Below, one piece after another: positions 29,710 through 40,603 of a stretch of DNA of 64,000 nucleotides. The notes below the pieces were generated by a model that saw nothing but the letters and a program-made list of their open reading frames with translations, was not told the origin of the DNA and searched no databases. Position numbers and translations under genes: made by a program. The stretch spans positions 1 to 64,000 of IMG/VR virus record IMGVR_UViG_3300021599_000853; one strand, given 5' to 3'. Source of the stretch: an uncultured virus (IMG/VR IMGVR_UViG_3300021599_000853) (Duplodnaviria; Heunggongvirae; Uroviricota; Caudoviricetes). Numbering within the stretch: the first letter of the stretch is position 1; every line of letters begins with the position of its first letter.

Positions 29710-32700
29710 TCAATATAATTTAAAATAAACAACGTCACCATCTAATAAGGACAATTCTTTCATTAATTTAGATGATAATGCAACTGCATATTTATTACCT
29801 GTAACATTACTACGAGTAGATTTAAGTGATGGACCAACGTGAACTGGACCTTTAACAAACTTAGGATCTGAATTAAGATTGATGTCAGGTATTATTTCAA
29901 TAGATTTACTATTTCTAGGATTTAAAAATGTTACTTTTGATGTAAATATATAATCTGCGGTAGCAACATTAAGTAAGAATCTGGTACCATAAAAATATGA
30001 ATCTAATTTTGAAATATCACTCCATTTTAGTCTTTCATTAATATTTGTATCTTTAAAATTACTCACAATACCCATTGACATATTAGGTGATAATGGGTAA
30101 TTAAATCCACCCATTTCAACAGATTGTGCTCTAAACCATTTATTGGTGCCGTCAGGTGCGGTAAAATTGGAATTTTCAACAAGTAAAATATATTTCTCAT
30201 CTGAGAAACCGTTATATGGAACTCCAAATATGTTTACTCCCGATTCATTTACCACAACTTCATTTGGTACTTGTTGTGATCCTGGATCGATTTCAAGAGA
30301 AATATTATCTTGTACTTTTAACTTTCTTTCAGTTGATGAAGGATTTGTTTCAAGTTCATTTGTTTTAACGAGTGCTTTATTTAAAATGGCGTCAAATAAT
30401 GGTTTATATGATGCCATTGTTGATTCTTTGGGATCAGGTAATGAAGCGTATGGTATCCTCGTACCATTAAAAACAGTAGATATTGAATTTCCTTTAATTG
30501 AATGGGTTACATCTGTTATCCAATATGTACCTTTGAACATAGGGATATTTTTTAAATAAAAATACATTGTTGGTTGTATCATTACATTACCCATTGAAGA
30601 TACCTGGCACGCGTATGATGATTGTCTATATATATCAAATAAACCGATATCAACTTGATATGAGTTAGATCCTGACTCTGATCTACCCAAATTTTCCATC
30701 GCAACAAATGATTCTGTGGTATTTTTTAATGTACTTTGATCTAATTGAACAGATTTAAATATTCCTTGATTCTGGTCACCAAAACTAACCTCAAAGGCCA
30801 CAACCCTATTTGATTTGTATAAATCTGGATCATTAAAAACGGCAGGTGACGTTATAATTAATGGATTATTATTTGGATCTTGTATGTTAAATCCATCATC
30901 CATAAATTTATAATCTTTACTATATTTGTTTAAATCTAAATGTTTAGATGTGGGTCCCACATATTGTAATATTACTTTTGGTGAAGATTCCTGATAGTCA
31001 ACTTCTAAAAATGTTCCAAATAAATTTTTCGCCAAATTTTTAGATGGTATTGGTTTTGTTTTATTACTATAATTTGCACCATAGAAATTAACATATGACG
31101 GTAATGTTCTCATATCAAAACCAGTACCTTGAATCAACATTGAAATAACACCATATAAATTTTGTTTTTGATTTTTAGGATTATCTAATGGTGTTAGTTT
31201 TTGTATATTAATATATGCTTCAGAACCAATATCTTTATTTGCCTTATCTAAAAATAGAAACTCCTCAAGTAGTAATCTTTGTCCTATTGAATTTCCTCCA
31301 ACCCATTTATCATTAAAAGACTTAAAAACATTATATAAATCTAATTTTAATATTTCATCACCAAATCCACTCGTTGGTGTTAATTTTCTGGGTCCTTCGG
31401 CAGTTGTTTCTAATTTTGATAATTTTGTTATTAAATTATCTAAAAATTTAGTATGGTTATCAGTTAGAGTTGATGTTTTGTCTACTCTAAAAACATCAGT
31501 TTCAATATATTTTATAAAATCATTTTTTAAAGGTGTCGGTGTATTAATATATTGACCCGCAAATATTTGTACCAATGATCTAAATTGTAAAACATTTTCT
31601 TCACTTAATTCAATATCATTTGTGGCGAAAAACTGTAAATATTTATTATTAATATCTTCACCTAAATATAAATCAATATAACGTGAATTAGACGTTATTT
31701 GTGAAACATCAAAACTTCTATATGTAAATGTACTATTTGGATATAGTTGTGCGAACCCACCATAAACATATGGATCAATTTCTTTTGGATTTGATATCGT
31801 AAAACTAATTAAATTTTCTTTACTTAATATTTTAGTTGTGATATCTTCTAATTTAGTAGATTGTCTTGTTTTTATCTCATTAATGACTTGTTCGTTAATA
31901 TTAGTTTCATCAGAACTTTCTTTTTTTACTGTACAAATATCTCTTAATAAATCTTGAAAATTATAATATTCAACATTTTTAAATCTTTTATATGGAATTT
32001 CTTCTTCAATTTTTTCTTTTGAAAATTCTAAAAACATACTTTCCATATCTTCCAAAATTTTTGGACTGAATGTTCCAATCAAATCAAGTACTTTTCTAAA
32101 GTTATTATCTATTCCAAATATATTATCATAGGTTGAACCGGAAACAAATGTTCTACAATATTCTGAATGTTTCGGAAATGTTATACCACTAAAATTATAA
32201 TTTAATGTATCATCTTCCCATATTATTCTTGTATATCTTTGTTCTCTGGCGAAAAAATTATATGGTCTGGTATCTAAATTAAAACCGACCGATGGTAATA
32301 TTGTTAACCTTTGGTCGTCACTTTGGTATTTGGAATTATCAACAAATGTTGTCCAAAATCTCATCCCATCAATTTCAGATTTTTCTAAACCCCTGATACC
32401 ACCTGCGTTTGCATTTACATTAAATGAACTGGCGCCGGAGAAAACACTATAATGATTATATCCATTAAGGATTTGATGAAATATAGCATCATAATATGGG
32501 TGAATACCAATATCACTATTATTTGAATATGTTATATTTGTTGAATTTAATGTAAATGTAAGTCCTGAATTATTATCGAAAAAAACAGAACCATTAAATG
32601 GTTTTGTCACATTTGATGTTGTTAAAAAACCATCTAATATATCTACATTATCTAATATTTTTCTTTTATATCTATGATAGATAGATCCCCATTTTAATAA

Positions 32701-35484
32701 CAAATGATAAGGAATAAAATGTGTAGATCCAATTTCTCTAAATAGAGAAGATACTCTAATACCATCTGAAAACACATCTTCCAAATCCTTAAATGGTAAA
32801 GAATTTAATAGTAAATAAGATGACCCGACATATTTTTCTTGTCTATTACCTTTGTTGAAATCACTATATAATTGTTGGTGAAAATATGGTGTATTTAAAA
32901 TGTTAATATTGTTAACTAATGGGCCAGCCAAACCTGTAAGATTTCTTTTAATTATTGTGAATTTATTTGAAAATAAATTAGTCGTAAAACTATTTTTAAC
33001 CCATAATTCCGAATTTATTTCTGAAGTTATGAAACCATTTGATGTGTTAACTTTTAAAACGTTACCAAATTTTAATTCATCTGATGAAAAATTATTTTTG
33101 TTAATATATGATAAATAAGTTTTAGAATTAAAAGGATAGATTTTTAATCTATGATTTTCGGGTTTATATTTTAATAAATTTATCGCTAATTCAGGATAAG
33201 AATCATCATTATCTACTGGTTTTGGTGCACCGTTAGGTAAATTATCAATATCATAATATTGTTCAAATTTAAATGGTGTTTCTAAAATACCATCGAGATA
33301 TGTTACAGTTGGTAATCTGTCAACAAGATATGGAAATCTATCAAACGTAGATGTTGATTTCATTAATTTAAATAAATCATTTATACTTCTTACCTCATCT
33401 TTTAATATGTCAATTAATTCATAATCTTCTTTAATACTTTCTTGTAAATTTTCAAATTCGATATCAGATAATTCAAGTATGGTATTTGGATTACTTGTAC
33501 TGAAAGTATCAAATGTTGTGGCGTAAAAAGATCTTTCAAACATTTCATATAAAATAGATGATAATGTTTTTTCAGTATATGGTATGAAACCAAGTGATTT
33601 ACCAAACCCATTTATCAAACCATCAAATGAACTTATTTTTTTAATATTACTTTCTTCTAGATTACTTTCAAAAATATAATCAATTCTACCAACACCACCT
33701 TCTTTATCAGACAATGGATCATATTTATTTGTTGCAATTGCAATATATTCTTCAACAAAATCTACTTCTGGCCATAAATTTTTATCATTCGATTTTAATT
33801 TTTCAATTAAATCTTTATCACCGGGATATGCAATTACTTTATGTTTTGATCCTCCACCAACACTTTTTTTAACTTCCGGCCAAGGATATATTGCACCGCC
33901 GCCAGGTGTTTCATCTGAAAAAGATTGAAGTATTTTTTTCCTATTTTCAGAATCTTTAAAAGCTTTAGTGTGCACATCTTTTAATAATCTAATATATACT
34001 TCGGCATTTGCTAATATTACTGCAAATATATTTCTTATTGTTGGTTCGAATCCTATACCTAATTTAGGATCTTTTATTATTCTATTTATCTCTTCTTCTA
34101 TTTCAGTTTGTAATGTTTTCTTTTGTGAATTAAATTCATTCACCATTTTTTTGAAATCATCTTCTAATAAATCGACATTAATACCTACTAATTTACCACT
34201 TGTATAACCAACATAATCTTTTACATCTCTAATTCTATTACTTGACCTTAATGTACTAAAGTTTGATTTTGTTTTATTAATTAAGTTATTAGCAAATAAT
34301 TTACTATTAAGTAAAATTTCTTTATAATTTTTTAACCCAATTTCTAAAGTTTTTTTGTCTCCAAATATTTTACTGGTATCAGTTCTATCGTTACCTTTTA
34401 AATAATAAAATATGTCAACATTATTTGTGCCTCCACTAAAATTATCTATTGTTAAATTTTTTTTTATCCAAGTACTTAAAAAATCACCGAATTTAGATAA
34501 ATTTTTCTCATATTCAACAACACCTGAAAATAGTCTGAAATCAACTTTGTTAAATATTTCATTTTCTAATATTACATCTAAAGTTTCAGAAATTGAAATT
34601 AATTCTCTTAGTGTTCTTACTGGAAAATCTTGATCAATTAATCTCTTCTGTTTATATTCGTTATAAACAGAATTTAATATTGCATAACCTCTAGATGATT
34701 TTGAAATTTTCTTAACATACCTTCCTGTTCTTTCATTGAATTCAGCATCTTTTGTTGATTCAACTCTAAACATATATGGTGCATTTAACATACCATTTAA
34801 TGGTATATCTGTTAAATGTGCATATGTTGACCCGATAAAATTAGTCACAACTTCAAAATTACCATTACTTTCATTAAATCTTGATGAGAATTTAACCAAG
34901 TGTAATCTATATCTTACAGCTTTACCATAATATCCTTTAACTGTTAAATAAAATATTGGCCAAGGTAAATGAAAAAATGCTTTATATGGTGAATTTTCAG
35001 GTGAATCAAATAATGTTTTACCTCTAACATCAATAAAATTTATTGTTACTTGTGGTATCGCATTAAATCCTTTTGTTGTTATATTAATACTATCAATACC
35101 AAAACTTTGTGCGGTACCATCAGATTGATAATATTCACTCTCATTATTTAAATTTAAATCTTTTGTTTCTCTTGTTACTTCTATTTTATCAAAAAAAGCG
35201 TCGGTCCAAGTTGCATCATAATCTCCGCCTTTTTGATTTTTTAAAAAATTTAAAGTTCCTTTAGCAACAGAAAATAAAGTATTTTTATCATTTGATGAAA
35301 TCAATGTTGATCTTGGAACTAGATCGGCTTCCAAATTAACATACATCATTAAATTTTCTGGTCTAATATTTCTAGGTTCTATTTCACCATCAACAACAAT
35401 ACTATTAGGATCAACATAAATTAAATTATTTTGATCTACTTTAATTAATATTTCTTCATTATTTGATAAATCATTGTTTCCCAT
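29710..35484 (-). CDS. Baseplate hub protein (gp27/VgrG-like)
   Basis: 1924 aa; CQVSSMGNVMIQPTMYFYL...GTYWITDVTHSI is typical of hub/late-control-D C-termini; follows gp53-like gene. Confidence 0.65.
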   Translation of the reverse strand: MGNNDLSNNEEILIKVDQNNLIYVDPNSIVVDGEIEPRNIRPENLMMYVNLEADLVPRSTLISSNDKNTLFSVAKGTLNFLKNQKGGDYDATWTDAFFDKIEVTRETKDLNLNNESEYYQSDGTAQSFGIDSINITTKGFNAIPQVTINFIDVRGKTLFDSPENSPYKAFFHLPWPIFYLTVKGYYGKAVRYRLHLVKFSSRFNESNGNFEVVTNFIGSTYAHLTDIPLNGMLNAPYMFRVESTKDAEFNERTGRYVKKISKSSRGYAILNSVYNEYKQKRLIDQDFPVRTLRELISISETLDVILENEIFNKVDFRLFSGVVEYEKNLSKFGDFLSTWIKKNLTIDNFSGGTNNVDIFYYLKGNDRTDTSKIFGDKKTLEIGLKNYKEILLNSKLFANNLINKTKSNFSTLRSSNRIRDVKDYVGYTSGKLVGINVDLLEDDFKKMVNEFNSQKKTLQTEIEEEINRIIKDPKLGIGFEPTIRNIFAVILANAEVYIRLLKDVHTKAFKDSENRKKILQSFSDETPGGGAIYPWPEVKKSVGGGSKHKVIAYPGDKDLIEKLKSNDKNLWPEVDFVEEYIAIATNKYDPLSDKEGGVGRIDYIFESNLEESNIKKISSFDGLINGFGKSLGFIPYTEKTLSSILYEMFERSFYATTFDTFSTSNPNTILELSDIEFENLQESIKEDYELIDILKDEVRSINDLFKLMKSTSTFDRFPYLVDRLPTVTYLDGILETPFKFEQYYDIDNLPNGAPKPVDNDDSYPELAINLLKYKPENHRLKIYPFNSKTYLSYINKNNFSSDELKFGNVLKVNTSNGFITSEINSELWVKNSFTTNLFSNKFTIIKRNLTGLAGPLVNNINILNTPYFHQQLYSDFNKGNRQEKYVGSSYLLLNSLPFKDLEDVFSDGIRVSSLFREIGSTHFIPYHLLLKWGSIYHRYKRKILDNVDILDGFLTTSNVTKPFNGSVFFDNNSGLTFTLNSTNITYSNNSDIGIHPYYDAIFHQILNGYNHYSVFSGASSFNVNANAGGIRGLEKSEIDGMRFWTTFVDNSKYQSDDQRLTILPSVGFNLDTRPYNFFAREQRYTRIIWEDDTLNYNFSGITFPKHSEYCRTFVSGSTYDNIFGIDNNFRKVLDLIGTFSPKILEDMESMFLEFSKEKIEEEIPYKRFKNVEYYNFQDLLRDICTVKKESSDETNINEQVINEIKTRQSTKLEDITTKILSKENLISFTISNPKEIDPYVYGGFAQLYPNSTFTYRSFDVSQITSNSRYIDLYLGEDINNKYLQFFATNDIELSEENVLQFRSLVQIFAGQYINTPTPLKNDFIKYIETDVFRVDKTSTLTDNHTKFLDNLITKLSKLETTAEGPRKLTPTSGFGDEILKLDLYNVFKSFNDKWVGGNSIGQRLLLEEFLFLDKANKDIGSEAYINIQKLTPLDNPKNQKQNLYGVISMLIQGTGFDMRTLPSYVNFYGANYSNKTKPIPSKNLAKNLFGTFLEVDYQESSPKVILQYVGPTSKHLDLNKYSKDYKFMDDGFNIQDPNNNPLIITSPAVFNDPDLYKSNRVVAFEVSFGDQNQGIFKSVQLDQSTLKNTTESFVAMENLGRSESGSNSYQVDIGLFDIYRQSSYACQVSSMGNVMIQPTMYFYLKNIPMFKGTYWITDVTHSIKGNSISTVFNGTRIPYASLPDPKESTMASYKPLFDAILNKALVKTNELETNPSSTERKLKVQDNISLEIDPGSQQVPNEVVVNESGVNIFGVPYNGFSDEKYILLVENSNFTAPDGTNKWFRAQSVEMGGFNYPLSPNMSMGIVSNFKDTNINERLKWSDISKLDSYFYGTRFLLNVATADYIFTSKVTFLNPRNSKSIEIIPDINLNSDPKFVKGPVHVGPSLKSTRSNVTGNKYAVALSSKLMKELSLLDGDVVYFKLY

Positions 35485-35797
35485 AATATAACGTATACAA
35501 TTCTACATTTCTTTTATAATCTTGTAAAGAGGTAACTAAAGGAAATGGTATTCTTAGAACAAAATTATCGGGAATTTCAAATTCTACACTACCAGCCAAT
35601 GGATTAGCCATTAATATTAACCAACTAAATAACGGTGTTCCGTAATTTTCATCTGAAACCTTATCTAATCTTGTTTTATTTTTTTTATAAAAAATATATT
35701 TATCAGTTCTTTTTATCGGAATTTCAATACCAGGAACAATTCTAAATTCCCCATTTTCTGTAAATTCTTGATATCTATCATAATAACTTCTACTCAT
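35471..35797 (-). CDS. Baseplate wedge LysM-like protein (T4 gp53/tail X-like)
   Basis: RLDKVSDENYG...WLILMANP...LRIP. Confidence 0.75.
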   Translation of the reverse strand: MSRSYYDRYQEFTENGEFRIVPGIEIPIKRTDKYIFYKKNKTRLDKVSDENYGTPLFSWLILMANPLAGSVEFEIPDNFVLRIPFPLVTSLQDYKRNVELYTLYYGKQ

Positions 35798-38700
35798 TTC
35801 TATATAAATTTAATTTTTTACCAACTGGTACTTTTGGTGATTTTATTTTTCTAAGAGTTTCTTTTTCATTAGAATCGGTAATATCACTTTCTGATGATAT
35901 TTTAAATCTAGTTTTGATAGTATCTTTTCTTTTAGGATATTTTTTTATTTTAAATTTAACCTTATCAGGTTTTTCTAAAAATTTATCAAGTGCCCTTTCT
36001 ATTTTTTCCTTTTCTTTATTTGGTCTAAAAACTAAGGTATCTGTATATAAATTTAATATATCATTTTTACTATCTTTTAACAAAATAGAAATAATATATA
36101 TTGCTTGATTGTCTGTTATTGTAGTTGGATTTAAAAAATTTAAATTATTATTTATTTTACTTGTTAATTTAGAATGATTTTCGGATAAAAATTCAACACA
36201 ATTTGAATACTTATCATATAATTTATCATAAGTAAAACCAGATAAATCTGCCTTAGTAAACTTTTCATTACTAACTTTACCATCATGTATGTAGTAAATT
36301 AAATAATTTAAATTATCTAAACTTTTTATTAATTCATTTCTCTTTTTTTCTAAATCTTTTATCGGTGTAAATCCTGTTATATCGTCAACAATTGTTGATA
36401 TTTTATTAATAATATACGGTTTTAATATTTGATCTGAATTTGGTATTTTTGCATCTGGTAAATTTACATTTAACATATCTTTAGTTAAACTTGGTATTTT
36501 TTTATCTAATACCTCAATAAGTTTTTCTTTAAGAATACCTATTATAACATTTAATTCTTTACTTTTAGCATATTCACCTAACAATTCAATTGTTTCTACT
36601 TGTGTCCCATTAGGTGTTTTAAAAATATCATATGTGTTTATTGGTCGATAATTTTTAGAATAAAATATTGCAGCAATATCTTCACCATATTTTAAAACAC
36701 AATCGTTATATGAACTTTTATATTTTTCATAATAACCTTCCGTATTTGAAAACAGACTATCAATTAACTTGTCATAAAATAATTCTTTTCCAGATATTTC
36801 ACCAATATAACCTTCTGATGGGTTACCAGGATTTTTTTCTTTTGATTCTTCTTTAGGTTCTTTAGGGTTATTCTGTATTTGTTCTAAAAAACTTTTAGTG
36901 AATAATTCCGCGTCAATACCATCTATTTTAGTATTAGTTGTTATTGATCTTTCATCGTACATTTCTGTATTTGCAAAAAAGTTTGACGATAATGCATTCT
37001 GTAATTTTTCAACAGGTTTTTCTAAACCATGACCACCAATAAAACTAACTTGTAATTGAACAGTAGCCAACATTGGTTGTACACCAATTCCTTCAGGATT
37101 CAAATCCCATATACCTTCTTCAAAATTTATACTAAGATCTTTTATTGCCACTTTTGAATGATAAAAATCACCAATTCTAATTATACAAATTGGTGGTGGA
37201 CCAAAGGTAGTATTTCGTGCATTTAAATCAGTAACATCAGACAATCCTTTTATTGGTAAGGTGTCACCAGGTCTAACACACTGTTGTAAAAAAGTAAGTC
37301 TTGCATTTAATCCTTCAGGTGTCATAGAATGAAATGCTGGGTGGAAATATTTTAATTTTTCTTTTAATGATGAAAATTGTACAGGGGAATCTTCTTCTAA
37401 TTTTTTAAAATAAAAACACTCTGATAATGTTTTCATTATCAATCTTTTCATTATATCGATTGGTGGTTTTTTTATTTCTTTTTTTATTTTAACTTCCCCA
37501 TTCGGTTGTAATGATGTTTTAGGTAATTCTTTTGGTATTGTTTCTTCTTGTTTTGGTGGTGGATCTGATTTTGTAAATTTCATACTTATGATACTTGATC
37601 TACATTTTACAGATACAGGAGCATACTGATCTAAACTTTTTGCCGGATCTCCTTTTGGTACATTTTTATCATACGTAAATTTATTTTTTGAACACTCTGT
37701 TCCAGTACCATATGCAATACATTTAAATTTTAATCTTCCTGTTCTATCGTAACCTATTGATTCAAAAGGTAATGGTTCAGAAATAAATGTGACTGGTGTA
37801 CCGTTGTCAACAACATCTCCGTCACCATTAACATTAAATTCCCATTTTAATTTTTCTTTAGTAAATGCGTAGATATCAGAAATATTTGTTTTTGATATAT
37901 ACTCAATAATATCAATAATTATGGAGTGTGTTCTTCTTAATGCTAAATTTAAATTATAATTTGGATTTTCAGTATTTAAAATAGATGATTTTGATTCTAT
38001 TTGTACTAAAATTTCATTTATAGTTCCCGCGGATAATCCTTGTTTAATATTTTCTAAAAAAGAAACATATTCAGAAATATCATCATTAAAATCAGAATAT
38101 ATTTGTGTTAATTTACCTTTTTCTCTTTCAATTAAATCCACCTTATTGGTTGCATCTATATTTGGTTGATTAAAAATTCTTATTAAATCATTATCAATTG
38201 TATTTTTATATGTACCATATGTTGTTTGGTCCGCATAATCGTCTATCAATTGATTCAATGCCACCCCATATTCTGTTTTTGTATCTTCAAATGTATTTTT
38301 ATAATCATCATATAGATTTTGATACTTGGCACTAGTATTATATTTTGTTGCATTAGCTGCCGGAAAATCATTTTGAAATAATAATTCAATATTTGTTATT
38401 TGTTCACTGTTTTGATTTGTTTCATCTTTACTGGGATTTTCACCTGTATTAACATCTTCAGTTACTTGTTTATATTGTTGTATTATTTCTGTTGAAACTC
38501 CTGAATTAAGATATCTTTGAATTAATTTTATATCACTTTCATTTAGTGTTGTAAATTTTTTTACTAAATCATATAAATCAACATCTTGACAGCCAGCAAA
38601 GAACGCTTTTATATAATTATCCGCTTCTTCATCAGACATAGTTTTGAAAAAATCTCTAACAAGTAGATTTAGTATACTTGGGTGATCGACTATAATTTTA

Positions 38701-40589
38701 AAAGATATTGTACCTGTTCTAGTTGTATTAAGATATGTAAAAATAGGTTCAGGTCTACCTACAAAAGTATTTTCTTCCCATCTGGCATTACTCTGTTCAT
38801 TAACTTTTAAATCATACGGTGGAAACCACATAACTCTACCACCGTTAGGTCCTCTTTCACAATAAGGTAAATCTTGTACTGTAAATCCTTCTCTATTTGA
38901 AGTTTTCCACGCTAAATTTTCAATAGAAAACATATATTTTTTAGCGAAAAAACCACCACCAAATGGGTAATTTGGAAATATATTTGAAGAAGATTCAAAT
39001 CCTTTATTTCCGTCTGACATTGGTGCTATATTCAAATTATATGGTGTTGTTAAAACACTCCCATTAAATTTTCTAATATTTGTTGTTTTTTTCATTGTAT
39101 CAGACATCGTAAAATATGGTCTATCTTTTGTCCATACCCTACAATATTCAACACCACTTTCTTCGCCAGTAAATTTATTTGTATATTTTATAGCGGAACC
39201 TCTTGATATCCTAACATCACCTTCTCTAAAAACTCTACTAGTCTGATCTATTGCATTTGCAATGTGTGCTCTCGCCTCACCACCATTAGTTGGTAAGGTA
39301 TTTAAAATTTCTTGAGTAACACCTAAAATTGAATCTTCTCTAAAATCATAATTATTAGATAATGATTCTTCATATTTTGATCTTTGTTCATTAAAAAATT
39401 GGTTATTTTCCCCTAATTTGTTTCTTGAATTTTTACTTATCCAAGTTAGTTTACCTGTTATTTCACCTCCTTGTGAAATATTTTTACTTGTATGAAATAA
39501 TTCTGTAGATGTTTGATCAAACATTAACATCATATAATAGTTACTTCTAACAGGTCTACCATTAAAATCATTCATTGAATACTTGACATCATTTCCTCTA
39601 TCATCACCAATATACGCAATACCATTAGGTGCTTCGATACCTAAAATATTTTTTACACCTTCGGCCACGTTGTTAACAAAATTAAAAGTTTTTGAAGATT
39701 GTTGTGATCTCGCACTTGTAGTATAATCTGGTGCGTATTTAGAATATGATATATTATCATATAACCTTTGTTTTTGACCACTCCCCATATACTCTATAAA
39801 AAGATCAGATGGTTTTCTTGATAATTTTGGTCTTCTTTGAATTCCAATTAAAGAACCTAAGGCACCTGTAACATCTTGAAAAATTGCACCTAATTCTGTT
39901 TTTGCTTCAGGTCTATAATTTACGGGGTTTGCCGGATTACTTAAATAATCACCAGGTATTTCTGTAAATGGAAATTCAACTCCCGATACTGTTTGTAAAA
40001 AATCAATTGCCTTACCCGCTAAACTTTTTGCAACTGTAATTTTATAATTAGGGGTTATTAATGGTTCTCTACCTGTAATTATATTAATAGCCGCAGATGT
40101 ACTACCATTTAATGCAGCAATTAATCTAAGTCTACCCTCTGTTTCCGTTTTTAAATTTTGTTCTATTCTAGCATAAACAGGTCCTTTTTTGTTTTTATCT
40201 CTAATATATGATGCTGCAAATTTAAAAAGTTCAGATTCATTATCATAATTTGAATTAGACATTATTCCAACTAAATTATAATCACCAGTTCTAAAATATG
40301 GTGTACCATTATAGTATAACAATAAATTTGCCCTTCTTGGAATGGTGTCTATAGTATCTTTTACAAAAAATTCTAAAGGTTTGTAAGTATTAAATCTTTG
40401 TGGATATTGTAAATCAAAATCTCTATTAGTATCTACCTCACCTGGATCAATATTTGAATATTCATTTAATTCTTGGACAACATAATTATTTTGATTAAAT
40501 GTTTGTGGGCCAACAGGACTTGTTAATGTTCTCCTTATTAGATCATTTCTAAAATCTTTTGTACTATTAAAATCTAAATATGTTGGCAT
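35790..40589 (-). CDS. Tail-tube initiator/baseplate-tube junction protein with large insertions
   Basis: 1599 aa; tube-like motifs WEENTFVGRPEPIFTY...RTGTISF and PPICIIRIGDFY; lies between tape measure and gp53-like genes. Confidence 0.55.
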   Translation of the reverse strand: MPTYLDFNSTKDFRNDLIRRTLTSPVGPQTFNQNNYVVQELNEYSNIDPGEVDTNRDFDLQYPQRFNTYKPLEFFVKDTIDTIPRRANLLLYYNGTPYFRTGDYNLVGIMSNSNYDNESELFKFAASYIRDKNKKGPVYARIEQNLKTETEGRLRLIAALNGSTSAAINIITGREPLITPNYKITVAKSLAGKAIDFLQTVSGVEFPFTEIPGDYLSNPANPVNYRPEAKTELGAIFQDVTGALGSLIGIQRRPKLSRKPSDLFIEYMGSGQKQRLYDNISYSKYAPDYTTSARSQQSSKTFNFVNNVAEGVKNILGIEAPNGIAYIGDDRGNDVKYSMNDFNGRPVRSNYYMMLMFDQTSTELFHTSKNISQGGEITGKLTWISKNSRNKLGENNQFFNEQRSKYEESLSNNYDFREDSILGVTQEILNTLPTNGGEARAHIANAIDQTSRVFREGDVRISRGSAIKYTNKFTGEESGVEYCRVWTKDRPYFTMSDTMKKTTNIRKFNGSVLTTPYNLNIAPMSDGNKGFESSSNIFPNYPFGGGFFAKKYMFSIENLAWKTSNREGFTVQDLPYCERGPNGGRVMWFPPYDLKVNEQSNARWEENTFVGRPEPIFTYLNTTRTGTISFKIIVDHPSILNLLVRDFFKTMSDEEADNYIKAFFAGCQDVDLYDLVKKFTTLNESDIKLIQRYLNSGVSTEIIQQYKQVTEDVNTGENPSKDETNQNSEQITNIELLFQNDFPAANATKYNTSAKYQNLYDDYKNTFEDTKTEYGVALNQLIDDYADQTTYGTYKNTIDNDLIRIFNQPNIDATNKVDLIEREKGKLTQIYSDFNDDISEYVSFLENIKQGLSAGTINEILVQIESKSSILNTENPNYNLNLALRRTHSIIIDIIEYISKTNISDIYAFTKEKLKWEFNVNGDGDVVDNGTPVTFISEPLPFESIGYDRTGRLKFKCIAYGTGTECSKNKFTYDKNVPKGDPAKSLDQYAPVSVKCRSSIISMKFTKSDPPPKQEETIPKELPKTSLQPNGEVKIKKEIKKPPIDIMKRLIMKTLSECFYFKKLEEDSPVQFSSLKEKLKYFHPAFHSMTPEGLNARLTFLQQCVRPGDTLPIKGLSDVTDLNARNTTFGPPPICIIRIGDFYHSKVAIKDLSINFEEGIWDLNPEGIGVQPMLATVQLQVSFIGGHGLEKPVEKLQNALSSNFFANTEMYDERSITTNTKIDGIDAELFTKSFLEQIQNNPKEPKEESKEKNPGNPSEGYIGEISGKELFYDKLIDSLFSNTEGYYEKYKSSYNDCVLKYGEDIAAIFYSKNYRPINTYDIFKTPNGTQVETIELLGEYAKSKELNVIIGILKEKLIEVLDKKIPSLTKDMLNVNLPDAKIPNSDQILKPYIINKISTIVDDITGFTPIKDLEKKRNELIKSLDNLNYLIYYIHDGKVSNEKFTKADLSGFTYDKLYDKYSNCVEFLSENHSKLTSKINNNLNFLNPTTITDNQAIYIISILLKDSKNDILNLYTDTLVFRPNKEKEKIERALDKFLEKPDKVKFKIKKYPKRKDTIKTRFKISSESDITDSNEKETLRKIKSPKVPVGKKLNLYRNE

Positions 40590-40603
40590 TTAACTACTTT
40601 ATA

